Positions 9,837 to 20,504 of a stretch of 64,000 nt of DNA are shown here, one piece after another; the stretch's first letter is position 1, and the number at the start of each line of letters is the position of its first letter. Below the pieces are notes generated by a model that had not been told where the DNA came from, did no database searches, and saw nothing but the letters and a program-made list of their open reading frames with translations. Made by a program: the position numbers and the translations under genes. The DNA lies in NCBI GenBank assembly GCA_036562545.1, contig DATCJZ010000039.1, positions 293-64,292 on the forward strand. Reading direction: 5' to 3'. The DNA comes from Capillibacterium sp. Its GTDB lineage: Bacteria; Bacillota; UBA4882; UBA10575.

Positions 9837-10295
9837 TCAGCACAAGCCGGGGAAACCTTGTTGGCGGAGGGCTTCGTAGAGCACGATCGCCACGGAGTTG
9901 GCAAGGTTAAGGGAACGGGTTTCGGCCCGCATGGGAATACGCAGATTATGACGGGGGTTTAACGCAAGAATCCAAGGAGGCAGGCCGCGGGTTTCCGGGC
10001 CGAAGATCAGGTAGTCATTGGGTTGGAAATTAACTTCCGTGTAAGAACGCTGTCCTTTAGTGGTTAAGTAATAATGGTTGCCGCCGGGATTGGCCTGGAC
10101 AAAAGCGTCAAAATCCACGTAGCGCTTAATTTCCACCAAAGACCAGTAATCCAGGCCAGCGCGGCGTAAATGCCGGTCATCCCAGATGAAACCGAAGGGC
10201 TCGATCAGATGAAGGGTGCAGCCGGCGGCGGCGCACAAACGGGCGATGTTTCCGGTGTTTTGCGGGATCTCCGGTTGAAATAAAACCACATTCAT
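9837..10295 (-). CDS. trmL: tRNA (cytidine/uridine-2'-O-)-methyltransferase TrmL (SpoU/TrmH family)
   Basis: 152 aa. Motifs LFQPEIPQNTGNIARLCAA and LIFGPETRGLP. Confidence 0.9.
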   Translation of the reverse strand: MNVVLFQPEIPQNTGNIARLCAAAGCTLHLIEPFGFIWDDRHLRRAGLDYWSLVEIKRYVDFDAFVQANPGGNHYYLTTKGQRSYTEVNFQPNDYLIFGPETRGLPPWILALNPRHNLRIPMRAETRSLNLANSVAIVLYEALRQQGFPGLC

Positions 10296-10439
10296 CTTTG
10301 GTTTCTGCTCCTTTATTTGGTTTACCCTACAATTTTAACCCTCCTTGCTTTCTTTGACAACGGGCTTCCCGCTTCCGGCTGCGGGGCCTGGCCCGTGACG
10401 GAGAGATTGAGGAGAAATTTTTATATAGAGGTGCTTATC

Positions 10440-11783
10440 TTGACCTACGAGCAAGCTTTAGCCTATATTCACAGCCGAAACCGTTTCGGCATCAAGTTGG
10501 GACTGGACCGGATGCGGGCGTTGTTGGAAAAAATGGGCGCACCGCATTTAAAATATCCGGCGATCCATATGGCGGGCACCAACGGAAAGGGCTCGACCAC
10601 CGCGCTGGTCAGTGCCGTCCTCAAAGAAGCCGGCTACAAGGTGGGAACCTTTACCTCGCCACACCTGAGTTCCTACTGTGAACGGCTGGTGATTGACGGT
10701 CAGCCCATTGCGCCGGAAAGGCTGGCGGCTTTGGTCAGCAAGGTCCAGCCGGTGGTGGAGAAAGCCGCTCTCGATCCGGCCATCGGTCATCCCACCGAAT
10801 TTGAATTCGGTACGCTCCTGGCTTTCGAGTATTTTGCCGAAGAGCAAATCGATATCGGCGTTTTTGAAGTGGGGATGGGCGGCCGGTTGGATGCGACCAA
10901 TGTCTTGACTCCCTTGGTCGCCGGCATCAGCCACATCGCCCTTGATCATCAGGAGTATTTAGGGAAAGACTTGGTTTCCATCGCCAAGGAGAAAGCCGGG
11001 ATCATCAAACCGGGGATTCCGGTGGTAATCGGCCGGCAGGAGCCGGAAGCCGGCAATGTGCTGAAAACGACCGCCCAAGACCGGCAGGCGCCCTGTTATG
11101 CGGTGGGCGAGGACATCCGTTGTGAGTTAACACGGACGGATCTGACCGGGACCTATCTGAAACTCCAATGGCAGGAGGAACCGGCGTGTCAGGTCCGGGT
11201 TAATCTTTTAGGGGCGCACCAGGCGACCAACGCCGCCCTGGCCTTCGGATTGCTGAAAGTGGTCCAAAAACAGGGTTTCCCCTGGAAAGAACAGGATTTG
11301 GAAAAAGGTTTTGCCCGGGTGGTGTGGCCGGGGCGGATGGAATATTTCCCGGGACCGCCCGCCCTTTTGTTGGACGGCGCCCATAATCCCGATGGTATTT
11401 TGGCATTGGCCCACGGGCTTAAGCAATTGTTTCCCGGCCGTAAAATGCGTCTGGTCACGGGGATTCTGGGCAACCGCCCGGTGGAATTGATGGCCTCGCT
11501 GCTCACATCGGTTTTGGACGGAAATTTGCAGCATGTTTACGCCACCACCGTCCCGGATCCCAAAGCCGCCCCTTGTCTCCGGGTGGCCGATGGCTTCCGG
11601 GCGGCGGGGGTGGCGAGCGAAACCATTGCCGACCCCCTGGCGGCGTTGGAAACCGCCCTGGCTGCCCTGGAACCCGGTGAATTATTGGTGGTGACCGGCT
11701 CTTTGTATTTAATCGGTTATTTACGCCCGCCCATCCTGGAACTTGTGGCGGGCCGGTACGGGAGGATTGTCAATGGCGGATAA
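10440..11783 (+). CDS. folC: bifunctional folylpolyglutamate synthase/dihydrofolate synthase
   Basis: P-loop HMAGTNGKGST and Mur-ligase-family middle and C-terminal domains. The ORF opens at 10317, but AGAGGTG 6 nt before the TTG at 10440 (or the GTG at 10431) fits the conserved N-terminus LTYEQALAYIH. Confidence 0.85.
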   Translation: MTYEQALAYIHSRNRFGIKLGLDRMRALLEKMGAPHLKYPAIHMAGTNGKGSTTALVSAVLKEAGYKVGTFTSPHLSSYCERLVIDGQPIAPERLAALVSKVQPVVEKAALDPAIGHPTEFEFGTLLAFEYFAEEQIDIGVFEVGMGGRLDATNVLTPLVAGISHIALDHQEYLGKDLVSIAKEKAGIIKPGIPVVIGRQEPEAGNVLKTTAQDRQAPCYAVGEDIRCELTRTDLTGTYLKLQWQEEPACQVRVNLLGAHQATNAALAFGLLKVVQKQGFPWKEQDLEKGFARVVWPGRMEYFPGPPALLLDGAHNPDGILALAHGLKQLFPGRKMRLVTGILGNRPVELMASLLTSVLDGNLQHVYATTVPDPKAAPCLRVADGFRAAGVASETIADPLAALETALAALEPGELLVVTGSLYLIGYLRPPILELVAGRYGRIVNGG

Positions 11784-12450
11784 GCGGATTACCATTTTGA
11801 CCGGCCCGTTCGGAAGCGGCAAAACCGAGGTGGCGGTGAATTACGCATTAGCTTTAAAGCAAACCCGGCCCCAAGTCGGGCTGGTGGATTTGGATATTGT
11901 CAATCCTTACTTCCGGTCCCGGGAGTTGACCGCCTGGCTGGCCGGGGCAGGGATCGAGCTGGTCTCCACCCAACCCGGTCTGGAGATGGCGGATTTGCCG
12001 GCCCTTTCCCCCCGGATCTTCAGTTTCCTGCAAAACCCCGACTGGCAGGTGGTCTTTGATGTCGGGGGGGATCCGGTGGGGGCCCGGGTTTTGGGGCGTT
12101 TCCAAACGTATTTTGCCGCCACCCCTTACCAACTCTGGCTGGTTATCAACCCTTACCGGCCGGGTTGTGATGATCCGGCGCGCCTGGTCCGGCTGGCCCG
12201 GGAACTGGAAGCCGCTTCCCGTCTGCAGATTAGCGGGATTGTTGACAACAGTAATCTAGGGGAATTGACCGACCGGCAGGTCCGGGCGGAAGGGGCCGCT
12301 TTGGTCAAGGAAGCGGCCGAAAAGCTTAAGGTGCCGGTTGTTTTTCGAACCTGTACCAACCCGGCTTTCCTCACCGAAGAGGAGCGCCGCGGGGAGGAAA
12401 AGGTTCTTTCTTTAAATTTATTTATGGTTCCACCCTGGGCAAAGGTTTAA
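11773..12450 (+). CDS. P-loop NTPase of unknown role (MinD/ParA/CooC-superfamily-like)
   Basis: Walker A GPFGSGKTE and Walker B-like GLVDLDIVNP. GGGAGG RBS 8 nt before the ATG at 11773. Overlaps the folC stop by 11 nt and sits directly upstream of the OFOR operon. Confidence 0.6.
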   Translation: MADKRITILTGPFGSGKTEVAVNYALALKQTRPQVGLVDLDIVNPYFRSRELTAWLAGAGIELVSTQPGLEMADLPALSPRIFSFLQNPDWQVVFDVGGDPVGARVLGRFQTYFAATPYQLWLVINPYRPGCDDPARLVRLARELEAASRLQISGIVDNSNLGELTDRQVRAEGAALVKEAAEKLKVPVVFRTCTNPAFLTEEERRGEEKVLSLNLFMVPPWAKV

Positions 12451-12483
12451 ATTGCAAATCCGGAAAGAGAGGAGGATGGTTGA

Positions 12484-12684
12484 ATGGCGAAGATTACCAT
12501 CGACGCAGAACGCTGTAAAGGCTGTGAGCTTTGTATTTCCGTCTGCCCGAAAAAAGTCCTGGGACTTGCGGAACGGATCAACAGCCAGGGGTATCATTTT
12601 GTCGAAACCAAAAGCGAGGGTTGTATCGGGTGCGCTTTTTGCGCCCGGATCTGCCCCGATGTGGTAATCGAGGTCTACAAGTAA
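12484..12684 (+). CDS. 2-oxoacid:ferredoxin oxidoreductase delta subunit (2x[4Fe-4S] ferredoxin)
   Basis: 66 aa with two CxxCxxCxxxCP motifs (CKGCELCISVCP and CIGCAFCARICP). Confidence 0.85.
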   Translation: MAKITIDAERCKGCELCISVCPKKVLGLAERINSQGYHFVETKSEGCIGCAFCARICPDVVIEVYK

Positions 12685-12712
12685 CGAGGAATGACCAAGC
12701 AGAACAGGAGGG

Positions 12713-13783
12713 ATGGTTTTGGAACGTGTGATGATGAAAGGCAACGAGGCGCTGGCCGAAGGGGCGATCCGGGCCGGTTGCCGGTACTTTTTTGGCTACC
12801 CGATTACCCCCCAGAATGAAATCCCCGAATACATGGCCCGGCGGATGCCGGAGGTTGGCGGGGTTTTTCTCCAGGCCGAAAGTGAAGTGAGCGCCATCAA
12901 TATGGTGTACGGCGCCGGCGGCGCCGGCGGCCGGGTGATGACTTCTTCATCCGGCCCGGGGATCAGTCTGAAACAGGAAGGGATCTCCTACATCGCCGGT
13001 GCGCAGGTTCCTTGTGTGATTGTGAATGTGGCCCGCGGGGGACCGGGCCTGGGCGGTCTAACCCCCTCCCAGGCCGACTATTTCCAGGCCACCAAAGGCG
13101 GAGGCCACGGCGACTACCACTTGTTGGTTTTTGCGCCCGGGAACACCCAGGAGATGGTGGATTTGATGGGGCTCGCCTTTGACAAGGCGGAGGAATACCG
13201 GAATCCGGTAATGATCTTGACCGACGCCATTATGGGCCAGATGATGGAGCCGGTGGTGCTTCCCCCGATGCGGACGGTCTCCACCGACAAGCCTTGGGCC
13301 ACGACGGGAAAGCACGGGCGGCAAAAACCAAATCTCATCAACAGTTTGGGCCTGGCCAACGAGGATTTGGAACGGATCAACCGTGAACTGCAGGAAAAAT
13401 ACACCCGGATGGCGGCGGCCGAAGTCCGGTATGAAGCCGACGGGACGGAGGACGCCGGTCTTGTGGTGGTGGCCTACGGGACCAGCTCCCGCGTTGTCCG
13501 CTCGGCCATTAGCCGGTTGCGGGAAGAAGGGAAAAAAGTGGGCCTCTTCCGTCCGGTAACGCTCTGGCCTTTCCCGCAAGCGCCCTTGGCCTCCCTGGCG
13601 GCGGCCGGCAAACGCTTCCTGGTGGTGGAAATGAGCGCCGGCCAGCTGGTGGAGGATGTAACCCTGGCGGTCAACGACCGGGCCAAAGTCAGTTTCTTTG
13701 GCAAACTCAACGGTACGGTGCCGACCGTCCGCGAAGTCTATGACCGGATTCAGTCGTTGTTAACGGAAGGAGGAGAAAGATGA
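12713..13783 (+). CDS. 2-oxoacid:ferredoxin oxidoreductase alpha subunit
   Basis: [29 protein letters not shown] is typical of the KorA/PorA/VorA N-terminus. The start is ambiguous (12713, 12719 or 12731). Confidence 0.9.
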   Translation: MVLERVMMKGNEALAEGAIRAGCRYFFGYPITPQNEIPEYMARRMPEVGGVFLQAESEVSAINMVYGAGGAGGRVMTSSSGPGISLKQEGISYIAGAQVPCVIVNVARGGPGLGGLTPSQADYFQATKGGGHGDYHLLVFAPGNTQEMVDLMGLAFDKAEEYRNPVMILTDAIMGQMMEPVVLPPMRTVSTDKPWATTGKHGRQKPNLINSLGLANEDLERINRELQEKYTRMAAAEVRYEADGTEDAGLVVVAYGTSSRVVRSAISRLREEGKKVGLFRPVTLWPFPQAPLASLAAAGKRFLVVEMSAGQLVEDVTLAVNDRAKVSFFGKLNGTVPTVREVYDRIQSLLTEGGER

Positions 13784-14532
13784 AGCAGGTCTTTGCTTAC
13801 CCCAGCGCTTTGACCAGGAAGCGAACCCACTATTGTCCCGGCTGCAGCCATGGGATTATCCACCGCCTGATCGCGGAGGCCATCGATGAGTTGGGCATTC
13901 AGGACCGGACCGTCGGGATCGCGCCGGTCGGTTGTGCGGTTTTGGCTTATGACTACTTTGATGTGGATTTTCAGGAGGCGGCCCACGGCCGGGCGCCGGC
14001 TGTCGCGACCGGGGTAAAACGGGTTCACCCGGAGGCGATTGTCTTTTCTTACCAGGGCGACGGCGACCTGGCTTCCATCGGGACGGCGGAGATTGTCCAT
14101 GCGGCCACACGGGGCGAGAACATTACGGTGATCTTTGTCAATAACACCGTTTACGGGATGACCGGCGGCCAGATGGCGCCGACCACCCTGCCGGGGCAGA
14201 AAACAACCACCTCACCCTACGGCCGGGATCCGAAAACAGCAGGCTACCCGATCCGGGTCTGTGAACTTTTGGCGACGCTGGACGGCCCCGCCTATCTGGC
14301 CCGGGTCAGTGTCCATGATCCCCAGCATATTCTCCTGGCGGGCGAGGCGATCCGTCAAGCCTTTGCCACGCAGGTGGCGGGGAAAGGATTTTCTTTGGTG
14401 GAAGTCTTGTCCGCCTGCCCGACCAACTGGGGGATGCCCCCGGTTCAAGCTTTAAATTGGGTCAAAGAGAAGATGATTCCCTATTATCCCTTGGGCGTTT
14501 TTCGCACGCCGGAGGAGGTGTCCGGTAAATGA
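13780..14532 (+). CDS. 2-oxoacid:ferredoxin oxidoreductase beta subunit (TPP-binding)
   Basis: CPGCSHG cluster ligands and the TPP motif [11 protein letters not shown]...NN. ATGA overlap with the alpha subunit. Confidence 0.9.
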   Translation: MKQVFAYPSALTRKRTHYCPGCSHGIIHRLIAEAIDELGIQDRTVGIAPVGCAVLAYDYFDVDFQEAAHGRAPAVATGVKRVHPEAIVFSYQGDGDLASIGTAEIVHAATRGENITVIFVNNTVYGMTGGQMAPTTLPGQKTTTSPYGRDPKTAGYPIRVCELLATLDGPAYLARVSVHDPQHILLAGEAIRQAFATQVAGKGFSLVEVLSACPTNWGMPPVQALNWVKEKMIPYYPLGVFRTPEEVSGK

Positions 14533-15071
14533 CGTATGAAATCATTTGTGCCGGCTTTGGCGGACAGGGCGTGATGTTGATCGGACAATTACTGGCCTAC
14601 GCCGGGATGAGCGAAGGGAAAGAGGTGACCTGGTTTCCTTCCTACGGGCCGGAGATGCGGGGGGGCACCGCCAACTGTTCGGTGGTCATCTCCGACCAGG
14701 TGGTCGGTTCGCCGGTGGTGGCGGAGCCCGATGGCTTAATTGCGATGAACGCTCCTTCCCTGGCTCGGTTTATGGGGGCCGTCAAACCTGGCGGCGTCAT
14801 TGTCTACAATGCTTCCATGGTCAATGAGGTTCCACAGGAACGCCCGGGAATCCGGTTGTTTGGGGTTGCCGCCAATGAACTGGCGCAAAAACTGGGCAAC
14901 GACAAAGTGGGGAATATGATTGCCCTCGGGGCCTTTTTGGGGCTGACGAAATTGGTTGACCTGTCCAGTATTGAAACGGCGCTCAAACAAGTCCTCCCGG
15001 AGCGGCGCCACCACCTTATCCCCTTGAATATTTCCGCCCTGAGGGAAGGCTGGGCGCTTACCGAAAAATAG
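14529..15071 (+). CDS. 2-oxoacid:ferredoxin oxidoreductase gamma subunit
   Basis: Matches [18 protein letters not shown]...SYGPEMRGG. Overlaps the beta subunit stop. Confidence 0.9.
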   Translation: MTYEIICAGFGGQGVMLIGQLLAYAGMSEGKEVTWFPSYGPEMRGGTANCSVVISDQVVGSPVVAEPDGLIAMNAPSLARFMGAVKPGGVIVYNASMVNEVPQERPGIRLFGVAANELAQKLGNDKVGNMIALGAFLGLTKLVDLSSIETALKQVLPERRHHLIPLNISALREGWALTEK

Positions 15072-15149
15072 GGGAAATGCTTATCGAATACCTTTACTGT
15101 TAATAACTGTCATTACGTAGACGTTATAAACAAATATATTTGGCCAAGC

Positions 15150-15365
15150 ATACCGGGGCCGGATGGTGTTCTCCGGCGACTTGAATTTCTTCGCAAGTAT
15201 TCTTGGCGAGGCGGAACTTAAAAGCGGGTCGCGCCACAGGAGGTCGCACGCCGCTTTCGGTTCAGGAGGAACCATAAAGCGGCTGCCCGCTTTTAAGTGG
15301 AGCTGAGCTTTAGAATACTCGAAGAGATTCATCGGAGCGAGGAAACACCGTCCGGCCCCGGCATT
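15150..15365 (+). ncRNA. candidate 6S-like regulatory RNA (rod-shaped, about 210 nt)
   Basis: Nested helices: 15153-15170/15344-15361 (18 bp), 15171-15175/15333-15337, 15182-15193/15320-15331 (12 bp), 15196-15203/15312-15319 (8 bp) and 15216-15228/15286-15298 (13 bp), plus an apical hairpin at 15250-15284. A 12/13-nt internal bubble lies at 15204-15215/15299-15311. The two non-Watson-Crick pairs are G-U only if read on the + strand. Confidence 0.5.
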
Positions 15366-15517
15366 GTTTGTAGCTGATCTTTGCTTTTCATCTCCACATC
15401 AACAGTATGCCAGCGAAAAGCGGGAGAAGCGGCTATCTTGCTGGAACAGACTATCGGCCAATACATAACCTCCCTTCCTTTCAGGAATAATATACCTGCA
15501 AAGAAGGGGGGAGTCAG

Positions 15518-16060
15518 ATGAAAAAGAAGAGCGGTGAAGGAGCGGAAGAGGGGAAAAACCGTTTTTGGCAGGGCCTTTGCCTGGGAGTCTTTTGCGCTTT
15601 ATTTCTGGCGACGGTTTCGGTCTATACTTTTTTAAGCACCGGCCCTTTCCGGATTATCCTGGATCCGGGCCGGCCGGCCCTTTGGGTCCGGGACCAAGTT
15701 AAGGCGGAGGCTGCGACCACTCTCAATCTCTGTTTGGAAAAAATAAAGGTGGAATTACCGGTTGCCCTGCGTCAGGCCTTTCAGGATCCGGCGTGGCGTT
15801 TTATCACCGCAGAGGAGGGGGCGGTCAGTTTACCCGCGGAAATAAGCGAGGCCGCCAAAGACCAACTGCAAAGCCTGGCCGAACAAACGGTTTTAGATTT
15901 TTTGAAGAAGTTTGATTTGACCCCGTATATTGAGGATTTGGGGCAAACGGCCTTGTTTGGGGTGCAGACGGCGATCCGGCGGGAGGTGGCAGGGAAAACC
16001 TACCATTATGAGTTGACTCCCTTTTTAACGGTGCCGGTCATGGTAACCATTGGGGAATAA
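15518..16060 (+). CDS. hypothetical membrane-anchored protein
   Basis: 180-aa ORF with GGGGGGAG RBS and a single N-terminal TM (LCLGVFCALFLATVSVYTFL). No recognisable motif. Confidence 0.5.
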   Translation: MKKKSGEGAEEGKNRFWQGLCLGVFCALFLATVSVYTFLSTGPFRIILDPGRPALWVRDQVKAEAATTLNLCLEKIKVELPVALRQAFQDPAWRFITAEEGAVSLPAEISEAAKDQLQSLAEQTVLDFLKKFDLTPYIEDLGQTALFGVQTAIRREVAGKTYHYELTPFLTVPVMVTIGE

Positions 16061-16145
16061 GGGCAGGCTGGAGCCACCCTTGTCAAAGCCGGGCAATGCC
16101 CTTGACAATTGGAAATGAAAAAAGTGTTACAAAGGAAAGACAGTA

Positions 16146-16174
16146 TTGACATGTGCCGTTACTTTTGTTATGCT
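16146..16174 (+). promoter_or_regulatory. sigma-A type promoter of the pyr leader
   Basis: TTGACA (16146-16151), 17-nt spacer, TATGCT (16169-16174). Confidence 0.6.
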
Positions 16175-16189
16175 AATTCCGAACAAGAT

Positions 16190-16855
<666 letters not shown>

Positions 16856-16864
16856 AGCCTCCTT

Positions 16865-16950
16865 TAAATTGATCCGGTGAGGTCAAAAAGGGGGGGAAAG
16901 AGGTTCTTTACCCCTTGGTTGAGCTCATCAATCGAGGGGTATTTTTTTGG
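16865..16950 (+). promoter_or_regulatory. PyrR-dependent transcription attenuator 2 (pyrR-pyrP intergenic)
   Basis: GATCCGGTGAGGTCAAAAAGG (16871-16891) is a second PyrR binding-loop match. Terminator cccctt...cgagggg followed by a T7 run (16911-16948). Confidence 0.75.
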
Positions 16951-17051
16951 TGAAGAAAAGTCAAACTTTGGGCAGGGAAAAGATTATTTTCAAGGCAGGG
17001 AAAACGCTTTAACCAGCGTCGAAGATAAAAAGATAAAGGAGGATTTATTCA

Positions 17052-18413
17052 ATGTCTTTACAAACAGAAGCTTTGGGTTATCTCCCCGATGAACGGCCAC
17101 CCTTTTGGCGCTTGTTACTCTATGCGATTCAGCAGGTCATCGTCATGTTTCCGGCGACGGTGGCGGTTGCCCTCCTGACCGGCTTCCATGTTTCAACCAC
17201 CATTTTTGCCAGCGGGTTGGCGACGATCTGTTTTATCCTTGTGACCGGAAAACAATTACCCCTCTATTACGGTTCAAGCTTTTCTTATCTGCCGGCGATC
17301 ATTGGTTTGATGGCTTCGGAGACCCTGGCCGGCGCCACCCTTAACGAAAAAATTGCCGTCGCCCAATTCGGGATTGTAATGTCCGGGTTTGTCTCCATCG
17401 CCGCCGGCCTGGTGGTCAAGCAATTCGGAAAAGAAGCCATTGATCGTGTCTTGCCGGCGACCGTCACCGGACCGGTGGCCATGGCGATCGGTCTGACTTT
17501 AGCCGCCAATGCCATTGCCGACGCGGCGGCGGTTCCCGCAAGTCTCCCGGCCGGGCTGGCGCAGACGGCGGCCAACTGGGCGTGGGTAATTTCCCTGGTG
17601 ACCCTGTTGTCCACCATCTTATTCTCGGTCTACCTGAAAGGATTCTGGGGCCAGCTTCCGCTCTTGTTGGGTCCGATTGTCGGCTGCCTGGCGGCCTATC
17701 TTGTAAAACTCCTTACCGGCCTCGACTTTTTCAAGGTTTTACCGGCGACGGCCAACAGCGGTTTGTTTGCCTTGCCCGTTTTCACCTTGCCCAAACCTTC
17801 CTGGATGGCGGTGGCCGCCATTATGCCGATTGCCATTGCCACTATTCCCGAATCCACGGCCCACGTTTATCAGCTGGATATTTACGTCAATGATCTGGCC
17901 CGGAAGAAGGGGAGTGACAAAAAATATGACATCGCCGGGAAACTGGGGATTAACCTGATTGGAGACGGGATCGGCGATATTGTGGCCGGTTTCATCGGGG
18001 GACCCGCCGGGACCAACTATGGTGAGAATATCAGCGCCATGGCCATTACCAAAGTCTTCTCCATTCCGGTCCTGATTGGCGCCTCCTTGATTGCCATGCT
18101 GATCTCCTGTTTCACTCCGTTGATTAATGCCATCTACGCCATCCCCACCGCGGTCATCGGCGGTCTTGAGGTCTACCTCTTCGGCGCCATTGCCGCCCAG
18201 GGGATCGCGATTATGATGGAGAAAAAGGTGGATATGTTCAGCGCCAAGAATATTGCGGTCATCGCCACCATCATGGTGGTTGGCGTCGGCGGCCAATACG
18301 CCTTCGGCGGGAACATTCCCTTCTTTGGCCTGGATATACCCTGTATTGCCGGCGCGGCGGTCTTCGGTATTCTTCTGAACCTGCTTTTGAGTGTAGGGGA
18401 GAAGAAAGCATAA
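17052..18413 (+). CDS. pyrP: uracil/xanthine permease (NCS2 family), probable uracil permease
   Basis: 453 aa and polytopic. NCS2-type motifs. Context pyrR-attenuator-permease as in the Bacillus pyrR-pyrP arrangement. Confidence 0.85.
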   Translation: MSLQTEALGYLPDERPPFWRLLLYAIQQVIVMFPATVAVALLTGFHVSTTIFASGLATICFILVTGKQLPLYYGSSFSYLPAIIGLMASETLAGATLNEKIAVAQFGIVMSGFVSIAAGLVVKQFGKEAIDRVLPATVTGPVAMAIGLTLAANAIADAAAVPASLPAGLAQTAANWAWVISLVTLLSTILFSVYLKGFWGQLPLLLGPIVGCLAAYLVKLLTGLDFFKVLPATANSGLFALPVFTLPKPSWMAVAAIMPIAIATIPESTAHVYQLDIYVNDLARKKGSDKKYDIAGKLGINLIGDGIGDIVAGFIGGPAGTNYGENISAMAITKVFSIPVLIGASLIAMLISCFTPLINAIYAIPTAVIGGLEVYLFGAIAAQGIAIMMEKKVDMFSAKNIAVIATIMVVGVGGQYAFGGNIPFFGLDIPCIAGAAVFGILLNLLLSVGEKKA

Positions 18414-18471
18414 GGTAAAGAAAGGGATTGGCTCACGGTGTAGCGGCCGGTTTTAACAGCGAGAGCCGATC

Positions 18472-18526
18472 GCGGAAAAAAGAACCGCCAAGGGTGTTTC
18501 TAAACCCTTGGCGGTTTTCTTTTTCG
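18472..18526. terminator. bidirectional rho-independent terminator (pyrP / cheB convergent)
   Basis: 12-bp stem aaccgccaaggg (18483-18494) / cccttggcggtt (18505-18516), flanked by an A-tract and a T-tract. Confidence 0.8.
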
Positions 18527-18570
18527 TTTGTTACCCCAACCTGTCTGCTGCCGGTTGAAACAGGCCTCTT

Positions 18571-19638
18571 TTAGGCGGTGATACCGGCCCACTGGTGGAT
18601 CTCGTCGGCGATTTTATCTAAAGGCACTTGCTTAATGGCGGCCTTGTTTTCCCATGCTTTTTGGGGCATGCCGTAAATAACCGAGGTCTCTTCGTCCTGA
18701 GCGATGGTGTAAGCCCCTTTTTCGCGCATGGCTTTTAAACCGGCTGCCCCGTCATCACCCATCCCGGTGAGGATGATTCCCATGGCATTTACCCCGGCGG
18801 CATCCGCCACGGAAAAGAGGGTATGATTGATTGAGGGAGTATAGAGGGACTTCTCAAGTTTGGGGCCGATCTTGACCAGATATTTGGCGCCGCTCTTCAT
18901 GACCGTCAAGTTTTTCCCGCCCGGCACGACCAAAGCCAAACCGGAGGTGATTTGTTCGCCGTCTTCGGCTTCTTTCACCCGGATCCGGGCGACCTGGTCG
19001 AGGGAGGCGGAAAAAGAAGGAGTAAACATGGCAGGTAAGTGTTGGACAACCAAAATCCCCGGTACATTCGGGTGCAATTGCCGGAAGATTTCGGTAATGG
19101 CCACGGTCCCGCCGGTGGAGGCACCAATCACCACCAGTTTGTCGGTGGTAACTTTTAACCCTTGAGGGGCAGCAGGGAAAGGGGGGGGAGCCTCCGACGG
19201 TGGCGGAGACAAAGGTAACCGCCCGACTCTGGCCTGCACCGCCATCCTTATTTTACTAAGGATCTCCGCTTTCCGTTCATTCATCCCGCTCTGGATCCCG
19301 AGAGTGGGTTTGGCGACGACGTCAACGGCGCCCAAAGAGAGCGCCTGGATGGCAATCTCACTGTTTTCCTGGGTCCAGGAACTGATCATCACCACCGGCA
19401 GGGGATGGAAGCGCATCAAATAGCGTAAAAATTCCAGGCCGTCCATGCGCGGCATTTCAACATCGAGTGTGATCACATCCACTTCGGTCTTTTTCAGAAT
19501 TTCAATTGCCTTCAACGGATCGGGGGCGGTGGCGACGACGGTTAAATCCTCAGTTTCGTTGATGATCTCTTTTAAAAACTGACGGATAAAGGCGGAATCA
19601 TCGATGACGAGAACCCGGTATGGTGGTTGATTCTTCAT
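18571..19638 (-). CDS. cheB: chemotaxis response regulator protein-glutamate methylesterase CheB
   Basis: REC domain (RVLVIDDSAF...DVEMPRMDG) plus methylesterase motifs GASTGG and GMGDDGA. The ATG at 19638 overlaps the cheR stop (ATGA). The ORF opens at 19692. Confidence 0.9.
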   Translation of the reverse strand: MKNQPPYRVLVIDDSAFIRQFLKEIINETEDLTVVATAPDPLKAIEILKKTEVDVITLDVEMPRMDGLEFLRYLMRFHPLPVVMISSWTQENSEIAIQALSLGAVDVVAKPTLGIQSGMNERKAEILSKIRMAVQARVGRLPLSPPPSEAPPPFPAAPQGLKVTTDKLVVIGASTGGTVAITEIFRQLHPNVPGILVVQHLPAMFTPSFSASLDQVARIRVKEAEDGEQITSGLALVVPGGKNLTVMKSGAKYLVKIGPKLEKSLYTPSINHTLFSVADAAGVNAMGIILTGMGDDGAAGLKAMREKGAYTIAQDEETSVIYGMPQKAWENKAAIKQVPLDKIADEIHQWAGITA

Positions 19639-20477
19639 ACAGATACCTGCCTTTTTCGATATATTGATTTCCCCAAAGGTACCCAGCGGCAATCTTTGGA
19701 GGTATCAATTGTCTCGGAGTGGCCAAGAAAAAGATAACCGCCGGTGTTTAACCGGTTATAAAAATGATCAAGGCTTAGGGCGCGCGCCTCTTTTGAGAGA
19801 TAAATAAAGACATTGCGGCAGAAGATAAAGTCAACACGGATATGGCTCGGCAACGAATTAAAGTCCAAGAGGTTGGCCTGACGGAAAATGACGTCTCTTC
19901 TCAGTTCAGGATGGATTTTGAAGTATTCTTTCTTCTCACCATGGGGCAGAAAATACTTAAGGCGCCATTGCTGCGGAACGAATTTCCCTTTCTCGGCAGG
20001 AAAAATGCCTTTGCTGCCGATGTCCAACTGTTTGGTACTGATGTCGGTGGCTAAAACCTTGATATCCCAGCCGCTGCCCAGTACTTCCCGGCAGGTAATG
20101 GCAATACTATAGGCTTCTTCCCCCGAGGAACTTCCCGCCGACCAGCACCTTATTTTGTTCTGGGCTTTTTTTTCCCGGGCGAGGGCGGGGAGTAAAGTAT
20201 CGGCCAGAAATTCGAATTGCTTCGCTTCCCGGAAAAAATAGGTTACGTTCGTGGTTAACAACTCACAAAGAGTGGTCCGTTCGATCGGATTTTGCCGAAG
20301 CAGGCTCAAGTATGCTTGGTAACTGTCAAGGCCAAGTTCGCGAAGGTGTTTGTTCAGCCGGTTTTCAATCAGATACTTTTTTTGGGAAGTATAATTAAAA
20401 CCCAAGGTTTCATTGATAATCCGGCAAATTTCTGCGATTTCCTGCTCGGTAGGGGGTGGAATGATTGGTTTTAGCAC
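19635..20477 (-). CDS. cheR: chemotaxis protein-glutamate O-methyltransferase CheR
   Basis: SAM-binding IRCWSAGSSSGEEAYS and CRNVFIYL. Confidence 0.9.
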   Translation of the reverse strand: MLKPIIPPPTEQEIAEICRIINETLGFNYTSQKKYLIENRLNKHLRELGLDSYQAYLSLLRQNPIERTTLCELLTTNVTYFFREAKQFEFLADTLLPALAREKKAQNKIRCWSAGSSSGEEAYSIAITCREVLGSGWDIKVLATDISTKQLDIGSKGIFPAEKGKFVPQQWRLKYFLPHGEKKEYFKIHPELRRDVIFRQANLLDFNSLPSHIRVDFIFCRNVFIYLSKEARALSLDHFYNRLNTGGYLFLGHSETIDTSKDCRWVPLGKSIYRKRQVSV

Positions 20478-20504
20478 GGCAAACCCTCCGCACAGAAAAG
20501 GATC

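Noticed and set aside
10317-10439. N-terminal ORF extensions in the track: folC from 10317, htrA to 52044, serC to 37535, cheB to 19692, priA from 54527, def from 57053, and ulaA/ulaB/ulaG/ptsI extensions.
   Set aside because: In each case an internal start has a proper SD at 5-10 nt and restores the conserved family N-terminus. The extensions have no SD and low-complexity or odd composition.
15081-15332. 83-aa minus-strand ORF in the korC-downstream gap.
   Set aside because: No Shine-Dalgarno sequence. It is almost entirely covered by the rod-like RNA structure, whose G-U pairs indicate + strand function.
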